NCBI GenBank assembly: GCA_010356995.1 | Contig: ML996690.1 | Span: 79,101-143,100 of the forward strand | DNA from: Trichodelitschia bisporula | Lineage: Eukaryota | Direction of reading: 5' to 3' | Length of the DNA: 64,000 nt | Shown: piece after piece, positions 37,508 through 50,154 of the stretch | Layout: every line of letters starts with the position of its first letter | Numbering within the stretch: position 1 is the stretch's first letter | Translations under genes and position numbers: made by a program | The notes under the pieces: model-generated | The model's input: the letters and a program-made list of their open reading frames with translations, nothing else | What the model was told of the DNA's origin: nothing | Databases searched by the model: none

Positions 37508-38704
37508 TCACGTAGGCAACCCCCCCACCACCCTCGCCATCAACGTCGGCAACGCCATCGCCACCGCCGCCCTTGCCTGCTTCGTCGGCGTCACAGTCGC
37601 CGTAACCGTCGGACCAGGCGAAGACTTATTACTCGACGGCTTGTTAACAGCCACATAAACGCCCACCGCAATAGCAACGATGATAATAACCACCACGACA
37701 ATCCAGAAGCAGATCCACTTCTTCCTGCGAGCACCCCGCGCGCTCTTGACGCCCATGTCCAGCTGTTCATTCGCCTTGACGATGTTTTCTTGGATCTCTT
37801 CCCCTTTTTGCTCGATGTTCTCGACGAGCGGGTCTTGCTGCACGACCATGGTTTCTAGGTCTTGGAAGAGCTGCGCGAGTTCAATCATTGTGCGCTCGAT
37901 GTGCTGGATTGCTTCGTGGCGGGCGCGGACGGCGTTGAGCGTGGTCTGGGATTGGCCGGCGCGGTTCATGTTCTGCTCCATCAGTACCAACTCCTAAAAA
38001 GACGCAGGGCAAAACTCACCGCCTGCATAAACACGCTCGTCTGATTCCCCTCCGCCGCAATCTCCATCGCCTGCGTCTCACTCAACGATGGATCCACAAT
38101 GCGCAACTGCCGTGCCTGCTGCTCGCGCATCTTCTTGCGGAAATCACTCTCCACCGTCTGATAATCGTTGATCGCCTTCTTGAGCCGACGATCCACACGC
38201 CCCACCTGCGGCGCATTGCGCGGCGACCCGCTCTCGGGATGACTCTTGACGCGCTTCAACTTATCGCCAAGCCCGCGGTACGCCGCCATGATATCCGTGT
38301 TCATGCGGTCAACCGAGTCAATGCCCGCCCGGTCATTAATGACCCGGTTGTGCAGGCCCTGCAGCTCGGCGAGCCGCGTGCCCAAGTCCTCAATGCCCCG
38401 GTCGATGGCCTGGCAGTCGTCGAGGATGGCATTAGGGTTGCCGGCGTTGGCACCCGGGGCGGCGCCATACGCGTGCATTTCTACGTCGTGGTCTTGGTCT
38501 GCTGACTGTTAGACGGGTTTTTTGGGTGGAAGTGGGGAGTGTACCGTAGCCGCCTTGCTGCTGCTGCCCGTACCCGGCGCCGCTGTATCCGCCCTGCTGC
38601 TGTTGGCCGGTGTACCCGCGTCCGCCCTCGCCATAGTTGTTCTGTGCGTAGGGATTCTGCTGGCCGTAGCCGCTGCCGTAGCCGCCGCCTCCGTACTGAG
38701 CCAT
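37508..38704 (-). CDS. Plasma-membrane syntaxin (Sso1/Sso2-like t-SNARE), 3 exons
   Basis: G/Y/Q-rich N-terminus; SNARE motif ARHEAIQHIERTMIELAQLFQDL; ARRKKWIC followed by a C-terminal TM helix. Confidence 0.92.
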
Positions 38705-39617
38705 GTTAGTATTCCCGAGTTCGATGAATGGAGCAAAGGGTAGAGAATGGCAGATGATGGTGATGAAGAGACGCGCAAACTCACACTCATGGTTGCTGAT
38801 GTCTCGTTCTGCCGGTCCGATTCTGAAACAGCGCGCGTGTGGTATGCCTATTCCTCACTCTCTTGCCGCAGACCCACAAACGAACTTCACCCCCTAGATC
38901 GCCACCGGGGTTTGGGGAGAGCCTCCTGGAGCTAAGACGCGAATAAACGCGCTTGCAGGTGTGAATCTAAGACCACGGAATTGAATAACCCGCAAGAGGT
39001 GAAGAAATTGGGAACTTGTTTGAACAGAGGAATGCTGAACAGTCAAAATGCTCGTGGTCGGTGAGAGTTGTGGTGGACGAGAGACGCCTGAAAGGGAGCG
39101 CAGCGACCACAACCACAGCCCGCGCGCCAAGTCCAGGGGTGGCCCAGCTGAGACGCGGCGCCTGGGGTGAAAGCGGCCCGCCTAACCAGGATGGGAAGGA
39201 TCCATGCACTAATAATATCCGCACGGCCACTTGAATGTCCAGTGAGGCTGCACGCGAAAATGCTTGATGCATCTCAGCCCCATCAGGCATTCAGCCGTAA
39301 TGCACGCCGATACCTCGTATGCGGGGTGAAGCTCGCCAGCAGGAGCTGAAATGCGGGCATCGAAGCTTGCGAAACGGCCGCGGAATGGCCATGGAACGTG
39401 GGGGGGTTCACTCCAGCTGCGAGCGGACACACGTTCTTGCATATCATCGCGCCACGGGACGCTCTGGAATGCGCTGAACTATTAACGACGTCTGCGTCTG
39501 TCTCGGTTGCATTTGGCAGGTCAATGCACGCGCAAGCTGCCCGCTTATCATTGCTATTCATGCCGGGTATTACTATCATCATCCCGTCCCTAGGTGCAGT
39601 ACATCGACCCGAGCAAA

Positions 39618-41313
39618 CTACGCGGCCGAGTCCTTGTCCGCTCCCCACCGCGTCGCCTCGTCGCCCGCCGCCCACGTCTTCTCCGTGTACCCGAGCCTCC
39701 GCTTGACATCGGCGACCGTCTGCTCATCACCCGTGTTCTTGCCGATATTATCGCTAATCTTGACAGCAGGGCGCCCAGCGGCGGACGCGATCTTGATCAC
39801 GATATTAAGCGGCACAGATTTTTGGCCCGTAGCACGGCGCGTGAAGTCGTCTATCTCGTCAGTCTCCGCTCCAACCACCGCAAAGCAAACTCACTGGTCA
39901 AAAACGTCCCGACGCCAAACGTAGGCAGGAAGCCCTGCGCCTCGGACGCCGCCTTGTACCGCAGACATAGTTCGACATTCAGGCTGTCGGAGAAAACAAT
40001 CATCTTGCGCTCCTTGATGCCCTGCTCGTCGTAGAACCGGCGCATCATGCCAATGAAGTTCTCCGGATCGCCCGAGTCCTGCCGCACACCCGTGAACACG
40101 TCCGCATACCGCGGCTGCGTCTTCCGCGCGCCGGAGATGGGCGCGTGGACGGGCGGAGGCGCCGTGTTACCCAGGAGGTCCGTCGTGCCGGCATCCGTCT
40201 CCGCAGCCGACGACGTCGTAGCCGCCGCCCCAGCCACGGCGATCGTGTACTCGGGAATCGGCTTCGCAAACGCCTTCAGGAAATCAGGCGTGCCGAACGT
40301 GTCCGTGAGCGCAATGCCCAGGACACCCTCCCCAAACGTTGCTATCCAGTACTGCAGCCCGACCTCATTCGCATGCTCGTAGTCATTCGTAATGGCCCCG
40401 ACGCCCATGAACCACTCGTGCGCCACCGTGCCCACGGGCTCGAGGTCGTACTTCATAGCAAAATGCACATTGCTCGTGCCCGACAGCTTGCCGGTCCAGC
40501 CCTGCTTTTCCGCCTGGGTGCGCGCCTGCAGCAGTCCCTGGATTACGAGATCGTGCGTGTGGTAGTCGCGACGACGGCGGCTGCCGAACTCGGAGAAGAT
40601 ACATCCGGCTTCCAGGAGCTTGAGGCCTTTGTCGCGGGCGCGGTCTATCTGCCCTTCGTGCGTCCAGTCTGTGTCGCAGAAGCGGAAGTAGGCTTCGGAG
40701 ATAAGGGCCAGCAGCGGGATCTCGTAGAGGATGGTTTCGACCCAGAGGCCTTCGGTGTGTACGTCGAGGGAACCGATGTCGGAATCGCTGCCTGTGTCGT
40801 TCTCGGGGTGGAACAGGAGGCGCACTTGCCTCGCGGGATAGAGGCGAAAGGTGCTCAGGAAGTGGAGGTATGCGGGGTTCAGATACGGGCACTTTTTCTG
40901 GAGAAAGGCTAGCTCGTCCTTTGAGAGCTTGATGTTTCCAAGACCTGCGGGGTTAGTGCTATGGCCACGAGAAGCTTGTGCGCCTACGGTCGACTTGTTG
41001 CTGCAGCCAGTTCACCGCTGCACGAGTGAACTTCATGAGAGGGGTGCGGTTCTTGAAGTTGTATGTCACGGCTTGGGAATCAGCTGGGGTATTAGGAGGG
41101 CACGACGATCATACCGACATCCGGGAAGTACTTGAGGACACAGCCTAAGCAGTTAGCATTACCGTATGCGGTGAATAGCTAGCAATTTACATTGCATAGT
41201 CAACTTGTAGAGATCGCTGCAATAGTTAGCAGAGCAAGGCTATCAGAGATGACGCACGTGTCGAGCAGCGAGAAGATGCCCTCAGGCAGTGGCTGGCCAT
41301 CAGACGTCCCCAT
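39618..41313 (-). CDS. NPT1: Nicotinate phosphoribosyltransferase, multi-exon
   Basis: SLLDT(DLYKL), FSEFGSRRRR, GTSNV, GTVAHEWFM, LTDTFGT, GVRQDSGDP, FSDSL, PLNIVIK, KISDNIGKNTG. Confidence 0.95.
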
Positions 41314-41829
41314 GGTTGCGTCGTGGAATAGTAGATTGGTTGACAGATGAAGATGTCCAGGAAGGAGATTACTGAACAAATGAATGCTGCGGGGTGAGGC
41401 TGGGGTCGCGGTGAGGCTTTTGACTGCGATGCAACTTGTCACTGATTCCAATCAAGTGAAGTGTGGGGGGTGACTGCAGGAAGCCAAGACCTTCACCCAT
41501 GACGAAAGCTTGCATCTGCTTTTCAGCCCTACGGTGACGATCCGGCACATGGTTGTGACGCATCGACATTATGCATATGGGCGAGACTCTCAGACTCAAG
41601 CCTGAGCCGTGAAAGGAGGAAGGAATTGCAGTGAAGACTTCTAAAGGAGTCATTATCCGCATTGAGACACAACTGGGCGAAGGAATCAATTTTGAACACC
41701 CATTGCAGGTGAAACTGTACAGGCTCGTTCATGGTTGATTTCAGCAGCACACATAGGTTCAAAGCCGCTGAATGAGAGATCATTCCTCCTCAAAGTCACC
41801 GCTAAAGAGCCAAACATAACGCCTCATTC

Positions 41830-42689
41830 TCAAGACACGACAGGCCGTTTCTTTATCTCCTTCATGACAAGCTCCCACACACCCGGAGCCCGACTCCGCC
41901 GTATGCCCTCCATCCCATCCACGAAGAACTTATTCCGCGGCTCACGCACCCACACCGACATCTTCGCCCACAAACTCGTCTTGTCCTGTATACCAGGTAT
42001 TACGCGCACAATGTTCGCAATGCGTCCTATCCGCGGCTTCAGCGGGTGCAGCTCGCCCACCGTCGTCGCCGTCGTCTTCTGCATGCCCGACAGCCTGACA
42101 GTCGCGAACTCAAGCGGCGTCTTGTGCGGCAGATTATTGCAAAAGCGCATCAGCGCCTGGCGGGACAGACGTGCGTGGCTCGGCAGCTGCATGCGGACGG
42201 TTGCAACGTAGGGCGCTGTAAGGGTGGAGACGACGAGCATGGGAACAGCGCCGAGGAGGACGGCTGTGGGGTTAGCGGGTTCCTTTGAGCGGTACACGAG
42301 GACAAAGACGTACCAGGCCCAGCTTTCCAGTTGGCCTCCTCCTCGGCGATGACATATCGCGGCGCGAGGAAGAGGCATGAGCCGGCGAAGAAGCAGACGG
42401 TGGCTACTTTGATGGTGGCTACGAGGGAGCTCTTGAAGGCGCCATTGTTGAAGATGAGGAGGCTTTCGGGGTATTCTGCCTGGTGTTAGGCGGGTCGAGT
42501 GGAGGTAGATGAGGCTTGTTGAGTACCGTATGTTTGCGGCGGAGCTTTGAATTTGCCCACTTCCTTCAGCCGGTTCTTGACTGCGGGGCCTTTGCTGCGG
42601 GCGCCGGGTGTTATGGAGCTCGTGTGCCGCACGCTGGATCGGTGGAGCACATTGGCTCTACAGCTCCACGCGCGAATGCCAGCGACCAT
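41830..42689 (-). CDS. Conserved fungal membrane protein, probably mitochondrial (TMEM70/TMEM186-like by appearance), 3 exons; start uncertain
   Basis: Arg-rich N-terminus; YPESLLIFNNG..IKV; two hydrophobic helices; TAPYVATVRMQLP..AR.S...LMRF; GT-AG introns. Confidence 0.65.
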
Positions 42690-43263
42690 GAGCTGTTGTG
42701 GGCGGACCGCGGGGCAGAGTGGGATTACGGACGGAGGTGCCTTTGGCGTCCGCATCTGTGCCCATCTCGTGCAGTCATGCAGGGGCATCAAATTGAGACT
42801 GGGCCTGAATCTCCAGGCCCCAAGCCTCTGCAACTGAGCTTCAATCAGCTCGCTCTTCACAAGTCTTGGTGAACATTTTGTAAATAGAAATGCTGCCAAA
42901 CGATGCATATAGACAAGACGCAAGCTTTACCACGATAACTGCATCACCAACAAGCCATTCTTGCGCTGAATACAGAGTGCACCCGGTCTAGCCACGTCTA
43001 TCCAAATTTGGCCCCGTCCCCCCGACCCACGACCCCCAAACGTCACCCCTTGGAACAGCTTGTCCTCCATCCCATCCGCCAATCTATCCACCATATCCCA
43101 ATCTATTCCACACCTGACACTGTCTGTCGCTATCTCTGCCATTTGTCTCCATCTCCCATCGCTCACCTCCCAACCGCTCATTCTCATGTAGCGCAGCAAC
43201 TCTCGCCCATCTTCTCCAACTATCATGAGCATCGCGCCTCCCTAACCTCACCAAACCACCGCA

Positions 43264-44568
43264 ATGCACATCCCCACCCTCCTCGCCGCCCTCATCCCCG
43301 CCACGGCAGCCTACACCAAACTCTCGGACTCCTCCCTCAAATCCCTCCCGAGCCCAGGCAGCGACTTCGACATCAAAACAGGCGCCCTCCTCTCCCCCCT
43401 CCTCACCGTCCGCGTCCCCGGCACTCCCGGCATCGCCGCCGTGCAAGCCCACTTCGTAACCTTCTTCCAAACCCACCTCCCCTCCTGGAAACTCTCCTTC
43501 CAAAACAGCACCCAGCCCACCGCGCTCGGCCGCCCCCTCCCCTTCGTCAACATCGTCGCCACGCGGGATCCCCCCTGGGCCAAACAAGGCGACGTAGGCC
43601 GGCTCGCCCTTGTCGCGCATTATGATTCGAAGATAGATCCGCCGGGCTTCATCGGCGCGACGGATAGCGCAGCCCCGTGTGCTATGATCCTCCACGCAGC
43701 ACGGAGTGTGGATGCGGCGCTGACGCGCAAGTGGGAGGCTATGAAGAGTGCAGGGCAGACGGGCTCGCTCGAGGGCGAGAAGGGCGTGCAGATTATATTG
43801 CTGGATGGGGAGGAGGCGTTTTTGAATTGGTCGGATGAGGACTCGCTGTATGGCGCGCGGTGAGCACCCCCTCCATTCTATCCTAACAATACATATGAGA
43901 CTAACCCCCCCAGCGCCCTCGCCGCGTCCTGGGAACAAGCTACCAACCCCGCAATGTCCACCTTCCGCACGCCCCTCAGCGAAATCTCCCTCTTCCTCCT
44001 CCTCGACCTCCTCGGCTCGCGCAACCCCTCCGTACCCAGCTACTTCAAAACCACGCACTGGGCGTATCAAAACATGGCCTCGGCCGAAACCCGCCTGCGC
44101 GCCCTCAAACTCTTCAAATCATCCCCCAACCACCCCTCTCGCAAAAAGGCTCCGGCGAAGAACAGCAAAGGCGGTGCCCCGGCGCGGGAGGCCCGCGAAC
44201 CCAAGTTCCTACCCGAAGCGAATAAGAAGGATACAGCGACGTGGTTGGGTGGATTGATTCAGGACGATCATATACCGTTTATGGCGAAGGGCGTGGAGGT
44301 GTTGCATATGATTCCCGACCCGTTCCCGACGGTGTGGCATCGGATTGATGATGATGGGGCGCATTTGGACGGCGCGACGGTTGAGGATTGGGCACTGCTT
44401 GTGACGGCGTTTGCGGCGGAGTGGTTGGATTTAGAGGGGTACTTGGCGGCGAAGCCGGTGATGAAGAGGGAAGTGGGAGGGGAAGGTGAGGCGGAGGTGG
44501 TGATGGGGGGGACGGAGACGGATGCAAGGCCGGAGCCCGTGGAGGTGCAAGGCAGGTCTGAGCTGTGA
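43264..44568 (+). CDS. Glutaminyl-peptide cyclotransferase (peptidase M28 family), secreted, 2 exons
   Basis: Signal peptide; VAHYDSK, GATDSAAPC, LDGEEAF, SLYGAR, LLDLLG, IQDDHIPF, FPTVWH. Confidence 0.93.
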
Positions 44569-45072
44569 GTTGTCCCGCTCCCCCTCCCTCTCACTCCGAA
44601 ATCCTAATCTAGCCAGAGGTTAATTTGCTTAGATCTAACTTTTAATGGAATTTACGAATGCGCTCCCGCTGATTCTGCTGCTGTCTGCTGTCTGCTGTCT
44701 GCTACTTGATTCCTTCGTGGTGAGGCTCTTCCGCATCGGGTAGCATTCCGCATTACCCCTTTCGGCGGAGGCAGCTTTGTCCGCGTTCCTCACCCGTGTA
44801 CCTTGTCAGGTCCCTTTCAAACTCCAGGTACACCCCCGCATGCGGCATCGAGGAGCAATCGCGGAGTCTCTTTAAACTTTCGCGATGCCGCATGCAGAAA
44901 CCAGCCCGTCGGGGTCAGCGCTTATCAAGGCCAGATCCCCACCGGACTTCGTGATTTCCGCCATCTCGTTTGTTCGTTCGCCGCGCGCCTTCAGTTTTGA
45001 AACTCACTCCACCCATCGAACACACATCCTCAAACCACCAAGTCCAACCACCACCACCTTCGCACCGCAGCC

Positions 45073-48000
45073 ATGGCCCCTCCACTCCCAAATCCCCTCC
45101 CCCCAGGCCCGGCACCCACCACCCCCCGCGACCGCACCGCGCTGCGCATCCTCTCCAGCACAGAAACCTACGACCTCACCGCCGTGCTCGCCGCACACAT
45201 CGCCATGCACCCCACCTACACGCTCTCCCTCCCCATCAAACCCCCCTCCCTCCCCTCCACATCCCCCGAAGCCTTCACGGCGTCCAAAACCCTCACCCTA
45301 CCCCACGCGCACCTCCCAACCCTGCTCTCCGCCCAACCCGCGCTGGCCATGATGCTCCTCGACCCCACCATAACCCTGCCAAACCTGTACCTCCCACCTC
45401 TGTACATCTACCCCGCCTCGTCCCTCGCCCTAACCAGCGCAGGCGGCGACCCCGCCCTCCGCGCCTTCGAAAAACGCAACGCCCGGGGCCGCGAATTCCT
45501 CTACCAAACCATCGGCCTTGACGCAAGCGTCGACTACGCCCCAGCCAGCGATCTCGCCTCCCCCCAATCCGAACTCTGGCTCCTCGCCCCCGTCGGCAGT
45601 CTCCCGGTATTCCATTTCTGGTTCGACCGTTCCGTAGCCGGCATCCACTCCGGCCGCCCCGTGCGCATGCCTTTCCGCGATAGAGCGGATCCAGCATGCC
45701 GCACCGTCGCCGGCCGCCCCTGGAACTTAGCCTTCCGCGACGCAGCGCGCAGGGTAGGCCTGAAGGTGACGATGGCGGTGCCCGGCCCATTGGGTAGCAC
45801 AGCAGAGGACATATTCGCGCGGTATGCGCTCGAGATTCGGTTTCCGCATGTAGGGCGCGACGGGGGCGCGCCGCCTGGCTTCCCGCCGGGCTCCCCGCCC
45901 GAGAGCGATTCTCGCGGGTCGTCGGACCACGGGCCTTCGCCGCCGCGCCGCGATGGGCCTCCGCCTCGCCGGCCTTCTCCGTTGCCGCGCCGTGGTAGGC
46001 CGCCGAGCCCTTCTCCTTCGGCGCGCGGGGATGGGACGGGCCGGCCTTCTCCTTTGCCGCGCCGGGATGCGCCTCATCGGCCTTCTCCTTCGTCGTGCCG
46101 GGATGGGACGCACCGGCCTTTGCCTTTGCCGTGGCGCGATGGGCCTGCGAGTCGGCGTTCTGCGGCGGCGGAGAAGGGCGCGGGCGGCGATGCGCGTGCG
46201 AAAAGCAAGTCGGATAGCGGGTCTGTTGCGTTTACGGATGTCCTTGCGAAGTGGACGGAGGCGCGGGATAAGGGGATGGGGTTTAGGGAGTGCTGGGAGG
46301 CGGCGGATCGGGCTTCGTCGAGCAGGTCGGAAGAGGCGTATGAGGAGGTCGTGAGGCGGGTTAATCAGTTAAGGGATAAGGGGGTGGAGGATACGGAGGC
46401 GTTGGCATTGGCGGAGCACACTGTGGAGATGGAGAGGGGGATGTCTGAATCGAGTGGGAGGGAGGGGGAGGGGGAGGAGGATGGGGATGGGGAGAAGGAT
46501 GGGGGGGGGAGCCCGGAGGCTGACCAGAGCGATGAGGCTGACAAGAGCTCTGAGCATCCGACGTCGTCGGGCCGGTCTGAGAACACGCAGAACTCGGATC
46601 TGACGCCGTCGGAGCGCGCGGATGAAGTCATGCGGCAGTATAATACGGCGGTGGCCATGGGCTTGCGAGGGAGGGCAGCGTGGGAGGCGGCGATGGCGGC
46701 GATTGAGCCTTTCAGGATGCACGAGTACACGCCCCTGCCGACGGGATCGGAGGAAGATGAATGGGAACCAGCACCCTCGAGATCGGAGGATGATGAACCC
46801 ACACGACGCCGAGGGGTCCCGGTTCAGACTATCTTTCTGGAGGAATCGATCGACTACGATCAGATCCCCTGGGAGGCTGGATCGGTACTGTGGCATGTAA
46901 GGCGGAGGGGTTATGAGGGGGAGCCGCCTACGTTTCTCTGGCAGCAGATCATCAGGAGGCCCGAGGAGATCGGAAGGAGGCGGAGGGCTCGAGCTCGCAC
47001 GCCGGAGGCCAGGAACGAGCCGAGAACTCGCACGCCGGATATCAAGATGGAGCCTCGGTCTCGGTCTCGCACGCCGGACGTCAGGAACGACCCTCGCTCT
47101 CGCATGCCGGACGCCAGGAGCAAGTCCCGATCTCGCACGCCGGACGCCAGGAGAGGCCCAATCAGGGAGACACCCGATGAGATACCAGGGACTAAACGTC
47201 ACAAGGCGCGGGACGGCAACCCGCCCGATGACGACGACGACGATGAAGATGATGATGATGAAGACGACCCCCCTGAGGACCTCTCGCGGCCGAATACAAG
47301 GCGCCGGAAATCGCTGAGTGAGACGCGGCGCAAGGCCGCCGAGAAGGAAGAAGGTACGCATCCCCCTCGCTTCCCCGCTTGACAGTGTGCTAACCCCAGC
47401 AGCGGAGAAGAAACGCGCCAGTGAGGTCGTCGAGACGTTGGGTAAGGACCCCAAGCCCAGCCCCACGGCCTCGGAAGAGGACCTCGAGAAGGCGGGCATC
47501 AAGCCCAAGTCCGAGTCCGAGTCCCCGTCGATCAAGAGCGAGCCCAAGTCGATCAAGCGCGAGCGCGAGTCCACGCCCGACGAGCGACCGCCAAAGAGGT
47601 CCCGCACCAAGACCCCAGAGTCAACAGGCACCAAGCGCAAGGAATCACCAACGGCCGAGGAGACACCGCCCAAGAGGTTCCGGACCGAGACACCGAAGCC
47701 AAGGGAGCACGGCATGCCCACTCCACCCGATACGCAGCCCAAGGACAGCCCCCTCGCCCAGAAGGCGCCGGCCGAGACGGAGGACACGCCTTCGCGCCGC
47801 CGCCTCCGTCCGAGACCGGCCCCGGCCCCGGCCCCGGCCCCGGCCCGGGAGACTCTTGCGCCCAGGCCTCGTCGAGAAAGGTCGCCCAGAACCCCACGTC
47901 CCGGCCCCGGCCCGGCTCCAACACCCCCGGCCACAGCGCCCCCGGTCACAGCACCCTCAACCCCAACGCTTTCCAGCCACGTCCCACCGTCGCTCGACCT

Positions 48001-48532
48001 CGAGGGGTCCACCGACACGCCGCGCGTCATCGGACCCGATCCCGACCCAGGCAGGCGCGGGCTTGTGAAGGACAACCTATACGACCTGTCGTCGCCCGAT
48101 ACGCTACTCGGGCCACATGGCACGCCGCGGATGCCGCGAGACGTACAGGAGCAGACGTTCAACTTCCTGATCAAGGAGTTCGGGACGGAGCTGAAGCGGT
48201 CCGGCAAGGAGGCCGTCATGGCGGATTACCGGATGTGGCAGCCGCAGGACGCGAGGCGGCTGAATGAGGTGGTGCCGGTGTTCGGGCCGCGGAGCAAGCA
48301 GAGCGTTGCGTACAAACTTGCGTGCGGCGCCATGGGGTACAAGTACTCGCCTGTGCAGCGCGGGGATGTATTGTTCCTCCCCGACCAGGTGTACTCGGAC
48401 GACTCGAGCGATGGCGATGACGGCGGGGCCGGGCCCGATCCCAAGGAGGCGAAGTATCATGGGCCCAAGCCGCCGGACCCGACAGGACCCACGCACATAC
48501 TGAACGCTGAGACCATCAACTCGATGAAGTAG
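45073..48532 (+). CDS. Large, mostly low-complexity protein of unknown function (2 exons, intron approx. 47353-47399)
   Basis: Two long ORFs joined by a GT..CTAAC..AG intron. Predicted globular N- and C-terminal segments flank P/R/S-rich, acidic and basic repeats. Confidence 0.7.
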
Positions 48533-49092
48533 GACGCGACGTTGGTTGAAGACCGGGAGAAGATGCGCGGTAACAGAGGAATTTTTTGTGTTATCGGCGT
48601 TTGGCGCATGATTGCTACGGAGGTACTGTAGACTTAGTGTTAGCATATCAAGAAAGTTAGCCCACACCCCCCCCCACGCTGCCGTGACAAAAATTCCGGA
48701 GCCTCGAGCTCTGCATTGATCTGCAGCCGCTTGCCGCTACCCGTGCACACACCCCGTGCTCGGCGAGTGATAAGCCGGCGCCTTGATTGGCGCTAGAGAT
48801 CCGATGGAACGGGTCGGCGGCCGCACGCGGTACAGAGGTTGGCCGTCTTGCAGCCTTCTGCGTGCGCTGGCTAATCAGCGCCCGCGGCAGCGTAGCCGTA
48901 TACCGGTACCCTAGTAATGCAGCGCGCACGTCAATCCCGCGGGGGAAGGGGAGGAGGGGAGGCGGGGTACGGGGTTGAATCATCAGTTGCGGGCGCGGGC
49001 GCGGGCGTTACAAGAGTTCCAAACTCCGCGCTGGCTGCTCACCATTTCAAAATCGAAAGGACCATTAACGTACACGCGACGGGACAGCGATC

Positions 49093-50154
49093 ATGACGGA
49101 CGAGCACGCAGCACCGTTGGCGGACACACCCGACGCACCGCCGGTTACACAGCATGAAGCACCTGCGGCACAATATGACGATTCAACCTTTGGCGAGTCG
49201 GACCGGACAACGATATCAACGTCGATCAAGTCGTCGGCGCAGTCCTTCCAATTCGTGCACGGGCGGCGGTGGCACGCATTCGAGGAGAACTCGTACTGGC
49301 TCCCAAACGACGACATCGAGATCAACCGGCTGGAGCTGCAACACATATGCTGGAAGATCTCGCTGAACGGCCGGTTGTACCTGGCGCCAATTCCGGATGA
49401 CGTGCACCATATAATTGACATCGGCACGGGCACGGGGCAGTGGGCCATCGAGTTTGCCGACAGCCATCCATCGGCCTCGGTCATAGGCACCGATCTCAGC
49501 CCCATCCAGCCAAGCTGGCTGCCGACAAACTGCAACTTTCTCATCGACGACGCAGAGGAGGAGTGGGTTTACGACCACAAGTTTGACTTTATCCACTCGC
49601 GCATGCTGACTCTGGGCATCCATAACTGGCCGCGCTACTTCCAGCAGACATGGAACTGGCTGAAGCCGGGTGGGTGGATGGAGGTGCAGGAGGTGGTGTT
49701 CCCTGTCTGCCACGAGGGTGACGTCGACGCCGAGGCGCCCATGCTCAAGTGGTCGCAATACGTGAGAGACGCCGCCGCGGCCGACAACATCGACACGCAA
49801 GCCTCGACCAAGTTTAGGAAGTACCTCGAGGACCAAGGCTTCGTCAACATCCACTGGCGTCCCGTCAAGTGGCCTGTAGGGGCCTGGTCAGAAAAGGAGC
49901 ACGAGAAGAGGCTAGGGAAGCTGGTGGACGAGAACACGGATAGATTTGTGCCGCCGATGGTCAAGTTGTTCACGAAATGGTTGGACTGGACGCCCGAGCA
50001 ATACGCCGAATTTGCAACGAAGGTTACGGCGGACCAGAAGGATCCGGAGCGCAAGTACTACTGGATGTTGTGAGTGATGGGCATGTCTAGTGTTTGGCGC
50101 TGCTAACGATTCAGCAACCTATACTATGCGCAGAAGCCGGAGGCGGCGGAGTAG
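49093..50154 (+). CDS. SAM-dependent methyltransferase, LaeA-like
   Basis: YWLPNDDIEINRLELQH, IDIGTGTGQWA, GTDLSPIQP, FDFIHSR, LKPGGWMEVQE; short last exon ending YAQKPEAAE. Confidence 0.92.

Noticed and set aside
46369..48219. 616-aa minus-strand ORF
   Set aside because: Antisense shadow of the GC-rich plus-strand gene; no recognisable motifs.
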